Shown here: in pieces, positions 35,857-45,936 of the stretch
How the letters are laid out: each line of letters starts with the position of its first letter
Position numbering within the stretch: position 1 is the stretch's first letter
From: a virus
Taxonomy: Duplodnaviria; Caudoviricetes
Virus record (IMG/VR): IMGVR_UViG_3300011335_000402
Coordinates: 1-61,446 of that record
Strand: one strand, 5' to 3'
DNA: 61,446 nt
The notes under the pieces: generated by a model
What the model saw: only the letters and a program-made list of their open reading frames with translations
Told to the model about the DNA's origin: nothing
Databases searched by the model: none
Made by a program: the position numbers and the translations under genes

Positions 35857-38800
35857 CTATTCCTGCGCCTCTTCGCGCAGTCGCTCCTGTACCAACGGCA
35901 TCCGCACCGGGATGCGCTCGTTGATCCCCATACCGCCCGACCGCTCTGCGGCTTCCCGAGCCTTCTCTTGGAAGGACCGCTGCATGGTGTCAGCGGTGAT
36001 GGCGTTCGAGGGGTAGTTGAGGTTGTAGATTTGGATGCTACGGTCGATGTCCGTGAGGGCAGCGAAGTTCTCCTCGCTTGGGTCTCGCGTAATATCCAGA
36101 ACCGCACGATACCGCTTGTTGAGCAGATCGGTCCGCTCGGCGGCAACCTCTCGCTCAATATCCCCAGCGGCAATCGAGAGTTGCATATCGCGTGACGACT
36201 CTGCCTCGGCGAAGCCCAGTGACTGCATCATCGAGGTGTACGTGTCATAGAACTCCGGCTCACGCAGCACGATGTCGCGGTCCTTGCCGATGACCAGACC
36301 CTCCTCTTGGAGCCGCTCCGACTTGAGGTAATTGCGGATCACTGCGGGCATAGCAGTTTCGATGGCGAGACGAGGGTTACCGGCGTTGGCTTCCTTGATG
36401 GTCTTTATCGCGGCGCTCGCCAGCGCACTGGTGGGGCCGAGGAACGTCCGGGATATGAACTCATAGAACTGCACCTCCGGGTCATCCGACTTGACGTCCA
36501 CCGGATGCCATAGGGAGTTGAGCGAGACCGAGTTAGAGATGTCGACGCCGAACACTCCGGGTATGCCAATATCCGCAGCCGTCGCCAGCATCTCTGCTGA
36601 CTCATCGGAGAGACCCAGCGCGGTAGCCATCGTGCCGTCCGGACCGAACGTCTCGGGAATCCACGTGGTGCGGATGTAGTACTCCATGTCCTTTTTGCCG
36701 AGTTTGTTCTTGAGCAACTCACGCTCGATGATCTCGGGGGTCAGTTCCTCTTCCTCGTCGTCTCCGATGCTCATGGCCCACTGGAGGATACCATAGGCCC
36801 CCATGGCCAGCGCATACAGCCAAGAGCCTCGGATACCTGCGTAGAGTGTCGTCATGGCGGCGACACCGAAGAAGACCCGAGCCGCAGCGGCTTTGCCTTC
36901 CTTGTTGAAGAACGGGAGCATGTTGACGAAGCTGCGCACCAGCAGCGACGTCATAGAGAAGCTGTAGGAGCGCATGGCCAGCGGGAGACGACCCAACTGC
37001 GACTTGGCGTAGCGCGACTTGTTCCAGTTGGAGAAGTCGAACATACCGGCGTTGGTCAGTTCGGCTGCTTTGCGCATGGCGATGTCGGCGGCGTTCTCCG
37101 AGGTAACACCCTTCTTCTTCAACTCGCGGTCGTAGGCCAGTTCGAACGCCGACATGAACATCACTTCACGCCCGACGCGCTCCATCCCATGGAACATAGC
37201 CCCCATGGCTTCCATGGTGTTGGCTGTGGCGCGCTGCGTTGCCGAGATCATATCCCCGCGCCGCACCGACTGGGTGAAGCTGTAGGTTTCGGTAGGCGTG
37301 TTGCTCCGGTCGTAGAGGTCCGCTGATGCAGCGAAGGTGCTCTGGGTGACGTCGTGCTCGTGGGCGAAGGTCCACGCCCTCTGGAGTGCCTTATACCGCT
37401 TCTGGTCAGCCTCTTTCTTGGACTCTTTCAGCGCCAGCATGTTGGCGTTGTTTTCCAGTGTGACCCTTGGCATCTGGATCGTCACGTTGCCTTCATCATC
37501 GCGAAACGGGTTGGCGATGCGCGAACCAGTCAGCATCCCGGTCGTGTACTTGGTAGCCATGGCATAGGTCGCCACTTCGCCAAACTCTGCCGACAGGGTC
37601 GGTAGGCCGACAATATGAAGCTGGGTCAGGTTGATGATCGCCGACTTGGGTGCCGACAATAGGTACAAGAAGGTGCCCTTGGCACCAAGGGCCAGCAGCT
37701 TCTCCACGGTGTTTTCCGGGTCGGGCGACATGGTCCCTTCGATACGCATCTCCAGTTCGCGGGTGATGGTGTCGAGGCGCACCTTGGACGGATTGTCCTC
37801 AGTCTCCTTGTAGGACTGGTCAATGAGGTTCTGGAACTTGTGGTTGAACGCCAGACGCCCAAGCTGGTTAGCCGCCGCCACCGAGGTGGTGGCGAAGGTG
37901 CGCAGTGTGTCGGTGCTGAAACCGGCCTTGAACTGGCGGTGCAGGAACCGCCGCCGCATGTCGGCTTCTGGTAGCGCGGTCAGGTACATCTGGAAGATGT
38001 GGTCCTTGAGGGTATTCACGTCGGTGCTAGCACCGCCCTCGTCGACCATATCGAGCAGCTTCTTGAGCGCCGTGCTGGCGTCCTTGTTGGCGACACTACC
38101 ACGTAGTGCGTTGGTCCCGAAACCGGGGGTGACTTTGCGGGTTTCCTTCTCCGCCCTTAGTCGGTCCATGAACGCCTTCTGGGCCGACTGCGACTCGAAC
38201 ATATGGAACTCACCCTCTGGGCCTTTGCCGACAGAGACCCAGTATTCACCATACCGCTTGAGCGGGAAGTAGATGATGCGCTTACGTGCTTCGGCGAACA
38301 TCTCTTCGACCGCGCCCTTGAGGCGCGTAGCGTCCTCTTCCTCGAAGTCGCCATCGTCGATGCGCTCCATGAGCAGTCGGTAGTGCTCGTCGAAGTCGGC
38401 GCGGTAGTGGTCTCGCACCTCACGGAAAAGCTGCTTACCCGTACCCGAACCGAGCGCCTTTTGCGACAGGTCATTCCAACCATAGACCTTGTCCCCACTC
38501 TTGGGGTCAGTGCCGCCGTTGTAGACGCGCTTGATGTTATTCTTCCGCTCGGTGATCGACCCCCTGAGAGTTTTCTGCTTCTTGGGGTCAGTGGTGTTCG
38601 CCAGCTTGGCTTCGAGGTCTTTCAGCTTCGGGTCGATAGCTATGTAGGCCGTGGCGTTGTCCGCCAGTGTCGGGTCTACGTCCATCATTGTCGCCGAGAA
38701 CATGATGTCCCCGAGTGCGCGCCCACCCTCCTCGGAGCGCGAGGTGAAGTCCGCCCAACGCTCGGCGGTCTTGGTCGCCCGCATCATCAGCCTATTGATG

Positions 38801-41800
38801 TAGGGCAAATACTCGTCGCGCATCATCGCATCAATCCGCGCCGGGTTCTTCATCCCGGCGGCGGTGCCAAGGCGCACGACATCCTCCGTCATCATCGGCC
38901 CGAGCATCTTCTGGAACGCCCCCGGCGCGATGCTATTGTAAAGGCTCGTGAGGATGCCAACGTCCGCATTGGGCCTACGCGCCATCAGCGACAGCTTCCC
39001 GGCGAGACTCAAGGTCTCTTCACCCTTACGGCTCCGCAGGATGCGCTTCTGCATGTTGTTGATCTTCATCCGGCGGATGCCAGCGGCTTCCTCCAGACGC
39101 CTGATCTGCCCCTTGGTCAGCTTACGTGAGACAGCGGCAGCTACCGTTTGGGTAGTGATTGGCTGCGTACCGCCTGTGTCATCCGGGAGGTCCCGGAACG
39201 TACCGGTTTTGGCCGACAGCATCTTGCCGGTCATCTCACCGCTCTCTGCGTTCAGGACTGCGTTCAGCCCCTTGATGATCGCCGAGTTGTTGGTGAAGCC
39301 GAAGGCGTCCTTGATGGCCTCGATGAACCCTTCGAGCCAGTTGCGCGCTTCGCCTACCCAGCCAGTGCGCTTGGCGCGCTTACCTACCAGTTCCGTGGCG
39401 TTGACCGCCCAGAACTCAGACGGGTTGGACAGGTGGTAGACCGAGTAGGGGATGTCGCCCATTGCGAACGACTCTTGGAGCCGCTTCCGCGCCGTCGGGT
39501 CACCATAGTATGCTGATACGATGGTAGCCAGAACCTCACGCATGGGGACGTTACCAGTCGCGTCAGCCATGGCGCGAAGGTCCTTGATGCGCTTTGCCCA
39601 CGCGGCCCGGATACCATCGCGCACCTTTTCAGGCATCATGCGCTCGGTGTGGTGCAGCACCTCATGGGTAGCCGTGCCAGTTTTGGCCTTCTGGGTGAAG
39701 ATGGTGGCAAGCCGACTGAACGGGTCATACTGACCCGAGGGGCTACTCATATTCCCCCCGCGCAGCGAGAACGCCAGATCGTCGGCGATGGCAGGGTTCT
39801 TCTGCAACAGCCACCGAACCATCTCGGCGCTCTCACGCGACAGTTGCATGTTGCGTTCGGCTTTGTAGGTGACCTCCATGGCGCGCTCAAACCCACGCAC
39901 TCGGGGGCGGCTACGCGCTTCACGTTGGGCTTCGGTGCGCGCGAGCAGCCGCTCGCGCAGTTCCCGCAAATCTTCTAGCAGCGTCTCAATGTCTTCGGCG
40001 CGCTGGTACCGCTCCATGGCGCGGCGCAATTCAACCTCGGCGTAGAGCCGCTGCTGCTCGGGAAGCTGCTCCATGAACGCATAGATACTGGCGCTGCTTG
40101 GCGTTTCGACTAGCCTCAGTGCCTCGACATCAGTGCCTCCGCCTTCGCCAATATCGAACAGCACTCCCTGATCGGGGTCTGCCTTCTTGGCACGCGTCCG
40201 CTTAGGCTTCGGTGCGGGTGCTTCGGTAGCCACAGGTGCATAATTCTGATGTTCAGCCAGCAGGGTGTCGGGGCTGAACGGCCCTGCGACTTTTTCTCCC
40301 CCATTCATATACTGAACTTCGACCGGAAGAGAGGTGACGCCCTCCTCCGCCGCTACCGCTACACGGTTGTTCCCTTCCGCGATGAAGGCTTCACCATTGT
40401 GGTTGACCCATACCATGGGCAGACCCGCCTTTTCGCGGTCGAACCCACCTTCATCGACAGATTTCCGCAATGCGTCGTATTTGGGTTCCCCCGGTGCAGG
40501 CTGCTCGTTGTTGATGCCTTCAAGGCTCCGCAGTTTCTCAACCGGGATTTCCACGCGGCGGACGGTCTGCGTTGCTGGGCCATTCAGCATACGCGCTGCC
40601 GACCCAGTGGTTTCGCCCTCGGCCAATGCCTCGGCCCGCCCTCGTTCAGCTTTCTGTTGCTGGCGGGCTTCCCATTCACCGCCGGGGTTGTCCTCAAAGA
40701 CTTCCGGCGTGACCTTCTCGACCGTAGCCGTCTCGGCGACCGTGGCCGGGGCTTCCTCCATCGGGGGCGCGACGAGTTCCTGCGAGACCTGCTGGTCGCG
40801 CGCGGCAAGTTCTTCTTCCACTGCTGTGGTAGGCGCAGGCTGGACGCCTGATACTTCTGCCAGCACCGCGAGCGGGTCTACGTCTCCACCACGCGCAACG
40901 GTCTGCGCGATCCGGGTAGCCGCTGCGGTGTACTGCTTCGGGAGCAGTCCTTGAAACTGCGGGTTCTCCATGGTGACGTCGGATACAAGCTGCATGGCGG
41001 CAGCTTTGCGTTCCTTCATGTTCGCCGCTTCACGGATAGGCGTCAGTGGATCGAACTGTGCTCCTTCTCGAACAGGAGAAACTGGAGCGCCAGAAACAGG
41101 CTCTGCCACTGGTCGTCCGTCAAGCCGCTCAACGCTGGGGAGAGCAGCCCCGGATAATACGGCTCCTCCATCAGGAGAAACGCCTGCGAGACCTCCTCCG
41201 GGTGTAGGTCCGGCAAGTCCTGCATCATCTGGGCGAAGTCCCGTCGCACCTGCTCCAGCGCCTGCTTCCCGTCCGACATCTCCGACTCCTCGCGCTGCAC
41301 GCACCTGTGCCTTGGCCTGCTCCAGCAAATCTCCGCTGCGCTCAACCACCATGTTGACGGCGGTATCCTGTTGGAGGTCCGGGTCCGCATCCATCAGCGC
41401 GTTGACCTCAGCCCTCGCCAGATCACGGAAGGTCTGGACGACCTCAGGGTCGTTGTTGGGGATGTCTTCTACTTCGCCCCGGCTGCGGTCGCGTTGGCGC
41501 ATGGCAGTGACGACGTTGCGTTCGGCCAGTGCCTCTCGCGCTGTGGCTGTGCGGGCCAACCGCTCCGCGATAGCATCTTCGTCGAGGTTGGGGTTGGCGG
41601 CTCTGAGCGCATTCCCCTCTTCCTCATACAGCCGGAAGCGTTCTTCACTGACCGCTCGGATAAGCGCCGGGTCATCCCGGACGAACTGCTGCACCGCCTC
41701 AGCTACGCCACGAACGCCACCACCGACGATACCGCCAACCAGCGCGCTGCGCCCGACGCCTTCCATGATCTCTTGGTTGGGGTCATAAATCTGCTGGGCG

Positions 41801-42987
41801 AGCAGGTTCTGCCCTGCCTGCACTACGGCTTCCTGTCCGGCTTCTTCCGCACCAGTCAGCGCGATACGCCCAAGTGCGCGGGACTCGATATTGGTGACCG
41901 CCCGCTCGATGGCTTCCAATGCGGCACGCGGGGCAACTTGGCCGACTGTGGCCCGGTCAACGACGTCAAACACCGCGTCGATTGCCTGCTGTCGAGCGGT
42001 GACAGGCACGCGCTCGATCATACGGTTGATTACACCTACTTCGGTCAGGCCAAGGCCCGCACCACCGAGACGCGCCAAGAACTCCTGCCCGGACGTGACC
42101 TCGCCGCCTTCTTCGCGGAACTGTTGGATGTCCTGCCCCATCTCGGAGGAACCAGCAGCGGCAGCGGCTGGGTACTGCGCCCGACCCAATGCCTGTGCGG
42201 TGCGCGCTGCACCTAGACCACTAGCGAGCCGCCCTGCACCACGCAGCGCGAGTTGCTCTGTCAGGCTACCTACACCCGCACCGACGTCCCCAGCGAGAGC
42301 CGCGATTGGCGAGTAGCGCGCAGCCTCACTGGTTTCGCCGAACCAACGACGACCACGTTCTTGTCCTGAGGCTTCGGTCTCGGCCCCATATTCTGAGATT
42401 GCGCCACCAATATCTTCGGCACCGACCGTGGACAGCCCCGAACCAAGTAGCCCTGCTGCACCCCCTATAAGGCGGTTGGGTGCTTCAACAACACTGCGCC
42501 CCAGCATGGTAGCAAAGTCGGAAATCGCACTGCCGACTGTGGCCGATGGCGGGGGAGCGCCAGTCTGGTCGATATAGTCTATACGTGCGCGGAGTCGGCC
42601 AATTGAAGTCCGGGCGTTCTCGATCATATCCGGGATAGCGCCAAGCTCTTCTGGCGAACCTGCGTCCGTGCGGAGCCGCTCTTGGAGTTGGGCGATCTGC
42701 CGTTCTGTACGGCGAATAGAGGCGAGCGTCTCAGCGCGATCAGTCCGGGCCTCGGCAGTCAACGTACCTGCGCGTGCAGGAGTCGGTGCAGGAGTAGGAG
42801 TGGCTACTGGGGCAGGAGTAGCAGCCGTAGGCTGGGCCACAGGCGCAGTGGGTGCAGAGGGAGGGACATTAAGGCGCGCAGCGATGCGCCTGCGCAGTTC
42901 TGCTTCCACCTGCGCTTTGGGTACGTCAGCCCCGGCATCCATCTGATACACACGACCATCGGGGCCTGTCATCGTGTAAGTCGTCAT
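35857..42987 (-). CDS. Large polyvalent internal virion/ejection protein
   Basis: 2376 aa at the end of the late operon; Gly/Ala hydrophobic segments, ParB/Srx-like IAEGNNR motif, THEVLHH zincin motif. Confidence 0.75.
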   Translation of the reverse strand: MTTYTMTGPDGRVYQMDAGADVPKAQVEAELRRRIAARLNVPPSAPTAPVAQPTAATPAPVATPTPAPTPARAGTLTAEARTDRAETLASIRRTERQIAQLQERLRTDAGSPEELGAIPDMIENARTSIGRLRARIDYIDQTGAPPPSATVGSAISDFATMLGRSVVEAPNRLIGGAAGLLGSGLSTVGAEDIGGAISEYGAETEASGQERGRRWFGETSEAARYSPIAALAGDVGAGVGSLTEQLALRGAGRLASGLGAARTAQALGRAQYPAAAAAGSSEMGQDIQQFREEGGEVTSGQEFLARLGGAGLGLTEVGVINRMIERVPVTARQQAIDAVFDVVDRATVGQVAPRAALEAIERAVTNIESRALGRIALTGAEEAGQEAVVQAGQNLLAQQIYDPNQEIMEGVGRSALVGGIVGGGVRGVAEAVQQFVRDDPALIRAVSEERFRLYEEEGNALRAANPNLDEDAIAERLARTATAREALAERNVVTAMRQRDRSRGEVEDIPNNDPEVVQTFRDLARAEVNALMDADPDLQQDTAVNMVVERSGDLLEQAKAQVRAARGVGDVGREAGAGAGATGLRPDDAGLAGPTPGGGLAGVSPDGGAVLSGAALPSVERLDGRPVAEPVSGAPVSPVREGAQFDPLTPIREAANMKERKAAAMQLVSDVTMENPQFQGLLPKQYTAAATRIAQTVARGGDVDPLAVLAEVSGVQPAPTTAVEEELAARDQQVSQELVAPPMEEAPATVAETATVEKVTPEVFEDNPGGEWEARQQQKAERGRAEALAEGETTGSAARMLNGPATQTVRRVEIPVEKLRSLEGINNEQPAPGEPKYDALRKSVDEGGFDREKAGLPMVWVNHNGEAFIAEGNNRVAVAAEEGVTSLPVEVQYMNGGEKVAGPFSPDTLLAEHQNYAPVATEAPAPKPKRTRAKKADPDQGVLFDIGEGGGTDVEALRLVETPSSASIYAFMEQLPEQQRLYAEVELRRAMERYQRAEDIETLLEDLRELRERLLARTEAQREARSRPRVRGFERAMEVTYKAERNMQLSRESAEMVRWLLQKNPAIADDLAFSLRGGNMSSPSGQYDPFSRLATIFTQKAKTGTATHEVLHHTERMMPEKVRDGIRAAWAKRIKDLRAMADATGNVPMREVLATIVSAYYGDPTARKRLQESFAMGDIPYSVYHLSNPSEFWAVNATELVGKRAKRTGWVGEARNWLEGFIEAIKDAFGFTNNSAIIKGLNAVLNAESGEMTGKMLSAKTGTFRDLPDDTGGTQPITTQTVAAAVSRKLTKGQIRRLEEAAGIRRMKINNMQKRILRSRKGEETLSLAGKLSLMARRPNADVGILTSLYNSIAPGAFQKMLGPMMTEDVVRLGTAAGMKNPARIDAMMRDEYLPYINRLMMRATKTAERWADFTSRSEEGGRALGDIMFSATMMDVDPTLADNATAYIAIDPKLKDLEAKLANTTDPKKQKTLRGSITERKNNIKRVYNGGTDPKSGDKVYGWNDLSQKALGSGTGKQLFREVRDHYRADFDEHYRLLMERIDDGDFEEEDATRLKGAVEEMFAEARKRIIYFPLKRYGEYWVSVGKGPEGEFHMFESQSAQKAFMDRLRAEKETRKVTPGFGTNALRGSVANKDASTALKKLLDMVDEGGASTDVNTLKDHIFQMYLTALPEADMRRRFLHRQFKAGFSTDTLRTFATTSVAAANQLGRLAFNHKFQNLIDQSYKETEDNPSKVRLDTITRELEMRIEGTMSPDPENTVEKLLALGAKGTFLYLLSAPKSAIINLTQLHIVGLPTLSAEFGEVATYAMATKYTTGMLTGSRIANPFRDDEGNVTIQMPRVTLENNANMLALKESKKEADQKRYKALQRAWTFAHEHDVTQSTFAASADLYDRSNTPTETYSFTQSVRRGDMISATQRATANTMEAMGAMFHGMERVGREVMFMSAFELAYDRELKKKGVTSENAADIAMRKAAELTNAGMFDFSNWNKSRYAKSQLGRLPLAMRSYSFSMTSLLVRSFVNMLPFFNKEGKAAAARVFFGVAAMTTLYAGIRGSWLYALAMGAYGILQWAMSIGDDEEEELTPEIIERELLKNKLGKKDMEYYIRTTWIPETFGPDGTMATALGLSDESAEMLATAADIGIPGVFGVDISNSVSLNSLWHPVDVKSDDPEVQFYEFISRTFLGPTSALASAAIKTIKEANAGNPRLAIETAMPAVIRNYLKSERLQEEGLVIGKDRDIVLREPEFYDTYTSMMQSLGFAEAESSRDMQLSIAAGDIEREVAAERTDLLNKRYRAVLDITRDPSEENFAALTDIDRSIQIYNLNYPSNAITADTMQRSFQEKAREAAERSGGMGINERIPVRMPLVQERLREEAQE

Positions 42988-43026
42988 CTATGCAACCTTC
43001 TCGTGGATAGCAGTACCACTTCTAGT

Positions 43027-44367
43027 TTAATAGCTGCCCAAGTCCACACTACCGCCAGCGGACGGCGGTGACGAAAGACCGTAATCTTCCGTCAAAGAAG
43101 AGCGAAGGTCGCGCAGGAACTCCCTCCCCTTACCCGCAGTTACCGCCTGCGTATATGGCGCATACATTGCACCACCCGGACGGGTCATCTCGTTGATGGT
43201 CTCAATAACGGTATTCATAAGCGCACGGCGCTCACGTTCCGTACCAGCCGCCGCAGCAATCCGGGCTTGGGTGATACCACCCGCCGTGGAAATCTGGGCT
43301 TGGCGGATACCTGCGGCAATACTGGCGCGTTGGAGCATCTCCTGCGAAGCGCGGTCCAAGGTCCGGTAGTAGTTCTCAAACTCTCGGTTTTGCCGCGCTT
43401 CTGCGAGGCTGTTGAACTGCCCAAGCATCTCCAACGCAACTGCTGCACGGCCTGTAAGCTCTTGGTTACCCGTGCGTTCTTCCGCGAGCATAGCCTGCCG
43501 GACCTCACGCTCTTCACCACGACGCGCACGGGCAGCGGAAGCGAGGGTCGGAACAGCTTCGCTTACACCGGCACCGATGGCCTGCAAGAGTGAACCGGGG
43601 GTCGAGGCCATGCGCGCACCAAACTGCCCGATAGCGGTCCATAGGTCTTCCTTGCGGCGACGTTCGCGCTCGGCAGGATCAAGCTGCCCTTCAAGGAACG
43701 CAGCATACTCTTGAGCACGCTGGGTCTGGCGCGGAGCGACTTCCAGAAGACGTTCCGCGTTGCCGACCAAGGTATCACCCAACCCACCAATTTCCCTCGG
43801 GGTATCGAAAGCCAAAGAATTGATGGGGGTTCTGCGGAACCGCAGTGGCGTTTCTTCTTCCTCTTCTGGCGCGGTGACCGGTATTTCACCACCCTCATAA
43901 TTCGGGACACGTGCTTGCCCCCCTGCATCGAACGCCACAAGGCCCCCGGAGGCATAGCCACCGTTGTCCGGCTCATCGAACATGTTGTCTGGCAGCGAGA
44001 GCGAGGTGAGGCCACCCATGGCCATACCCTGCGGAGGCATAGCTTCCATCGGCGGAGCCGGAGGAGCGCCCATGGGCGCACCCATCGGGGGCGGGGGAGC
44101 CATAGCTGCGGCTTGTGGAGTAGCACCAAGGCCAGCGGGCATCGGAGGCATCGGCGGCGCAAACACCTGCTGGGCTACAGTCTGCTGCGGTGCCATCTCC
44201 TGCTGCTGCGCCGAGCGCATCCGGTCGATGAACATACCCGCCAGCGTACCGGCAGTGGGGTCGAGAATCCCCATCTGCATCGCCTCGGCGATCTTCTGCT
44301 TGTTGCCGCCATAGTCCTTGGCGATCTGCTCCGGGGACTGGAGGTTATAGGGTTTGGTCTCCATCAT
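43027..44367 (-). CDS. Putative internal virion/ejection protein
   Basis: Pro/Met-rich linker, repeated xAxGG motifs, helical C-terminus; position before the large protein. Confidence 0.6.
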   Translation of the reverse strand: MMETKPYNLQSPEQIAKDYGGNKQKIAEAMQMGILDPTAGTLAGMFIDRMRSAQQQEMAPQQTVAQQVFAPPMPPMPAGLGATPQAAAMAPPPPMGAPMGAPPAPPMEAMPPQGMAMGGLTSLSLPDNMFDEPDNGGYASGGLVAFDAGGQARVPNYEGGEIPVTAPEEEEETPLRFRRTPINSLAFDTPREIGGLGDTLVGNAERLLEVAPRQTQRAQEYAAFLEGQLDPAERERRRKEDLWTAIGQFGARMASTPGSLLQAIGAGVSEAVPTLASAARARRGEEREVRQAMLAEERTGNQELTGRAAVALEMLGQFNSLAEARQNREFENYYRTLDRASQEMLQRASIAAGIRQAQISTAGGITQARIAAAAGTERERRALMNTVIETINEMTRPGGAMYAPYTQAVTAGKGREFLRDLRSSLTEDYGLSSPPSAGGSVDLGSY

Positions 44368-45500
44368 CAGCCTCCCGCACCGCGCATCATGTTATAAATA
44401 CTCGCTGCACCGAGGCCGGTACCCAGAAGCTGCTGGGCGATACCCGGCTGGGGCGCATAAGTCGTAACGGTCGAGTCCGGTTTGACCGGCACGCCGCGCA
44501 GCAGGCTGCTGTACTGCTGTAGCATCTCCAACGGGTAGTCGCGCTGGCGCAGGAAGTCCTGATACGCCATGTCGAGATACTGCTGCTGGAGCGCCTGATT
44601 CTGCGCTGCCGTCTGCTGCTGGAAGCCAAGCCGCGAGAGGTCCGACTGCTGCCGGTTGGTGCCGATGTTGGCAAGAGTCTGTGCCGACTGTCCTGCCTGC
44701 CCATAGCCAGCGAGGCGCTGCTGCGCACCGAACTGGCGCGACTGCTCACGCATCCGCTGTGCTTCAAGATTGGCCTGCTGGTTGGCCCGGAGGGCTTCAA
44801 GACCCGTAGTCGCGCCAAGCTGCTGCACACCAAGCAGCGACTGGAGATTGGTCTGCCCCGCCTGCTGACGGAGCGCCTGCTCGGTGTTGAACTGACCCTG
44901 CGCCTGCTCGAACCCTGCTTGAAGGCCACGCGCCTGAATGTCGCCCATCTGCTGCTGGAGATTGCGCTCGCGCTCCATGGACGCCAGAAGCTGGCGGCTA
45001 CCGCCGTAGGAACCCTGACGTGCAGAGCCGAGGTCTTGGGCCACCTGACCGCGCCGTGCGCTGGTGACAGCCTCACGCATCTGCGGCTCAAGAGCGGCGC
45101 TCAAGAAGGGCGACATGTAGCTGGCCGCTTGCTGCGAACCAAACTGCTGCGGGCCTTCCATCTGGAAATTGTAGAGTGCTGGCCCACCGACCATCTGGGC
45201 GTTGAACTGGCCGGGACGATATTGTCCGGCATTCATTGCACCGAGGCCAGCGGCAGTGGCCAACCCACCGGCAGTACCGAACTCACTGGGACCTTGGAGA
45301 CCCGCTACCTGCTGCTGCACAGCCTGCTGCTGCGGCGTGAACCCGGCGATACGCTCCTGCTCGTAGGGCACATAGCCCTGACCGAGCAGCGACTGCGACC
45401 GCTGCATCATGTTTTCGAAATACGGACGTGCGTATTCCGGGAGGTTGGACTGGCTAACCTCCGACCTCTGCACCGTGCTGCTACCGCCGCCCTTAGCCAT
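44367..45500 (-). CDS. Putative DNA-transfer/ejection protein
   Basis: MAKGGGSST start, Gln/Gly/Ala-rich, YMSPF, GSYGGSR, C-terminal hydrophobic Gly-rich helix. Confidence 0.65.
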   Translation of the reverse strand: MAKGGGSSTVQRSEVSQSNLPEYARPYFENMMQRSQSLLGQGYVPYEQERIAGFTPQQQAVQQQVAGLQGPSEFGTAGGLATAAGLGAMNAGQYRPGQFNAQMVGGPALYNFQMEGPQQFGSQQAASYMSPFLSAALEPQMREAVTSARRGQVAQDLGSARQGSYGGSRQLLASMERERNLQQQMGDIQARGLQAGFEQAQGQFNTEQALRQQAGQTNLQSLLGVQQLGATTGLEALRANQQANLEAQRMREQSRQFGAQQRLAGYGQAGQSAQTLANIGTNRQQSDLSRLGFQQQTAAQNQALQQQYLDMAYQDFLRQRDYPLEMLQQYSSLLRGVPVKPDSTVTTYAPQPGIAQQLLGTGLGAASIYNMMRGAGG

Positions 45501-45936
45501 CCTGACCTCCAACACCCGCCTCTGCTACGGGGATTTCAAACACCTGCCACAATAGCTGGTAGCCGTCATCACGAAAAGCTCGTGCCAGCCCCGGACGACC
45601 GGAACCTTCTAGCGCGTCACAACCAGCATCTGACGCCCACCTGCGGAGCATGGCGAGCATGTCGTCTTTCCAACCAAAGCCGTCGTCCCCGGCGAGGAAC
45701 ACCATGTCGAGGCACTTCTTGCGGGGGTACTGCCAGAAACGCGTGACGGTGATACCGACGATGTTGGCTTCATCATCCATGGCAATCCACAGATGTGCGT
45801 CCCCAGACATAGCAGCTTCGAGGATGTCTTCCGGCTCGTAGCGCCCGAAGGTGTATTCAGCCGCCTTCGCCAGATGGGGAAAAATCCGGGGCCACAGGGC
45901 GTCAACGAAATTGGGAGGGACGAGGCTGATCTCCAT
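45493..45936 (-). CDS. GNAT-like internal virion assembly protein
   Basis: LWIA...YPRKK...FLAG...GCDALEGSGRPG; position as in podoviral ejection modules. Confidence 0.55.
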   Translation of the reverse strand: MEISLVPPNFVDALWPRIFPHLAKAAEYTFGRYEPEDILEAAMSGDAHLWIAMDDEANIVGITVTRFWQYPRKKCLDMVFLAGDDGFGWKDDMLAMLRRWASDAGCDALEGSGRPGLARAFRDDGYQLLWQVFEIPVAEAGVGGQDG

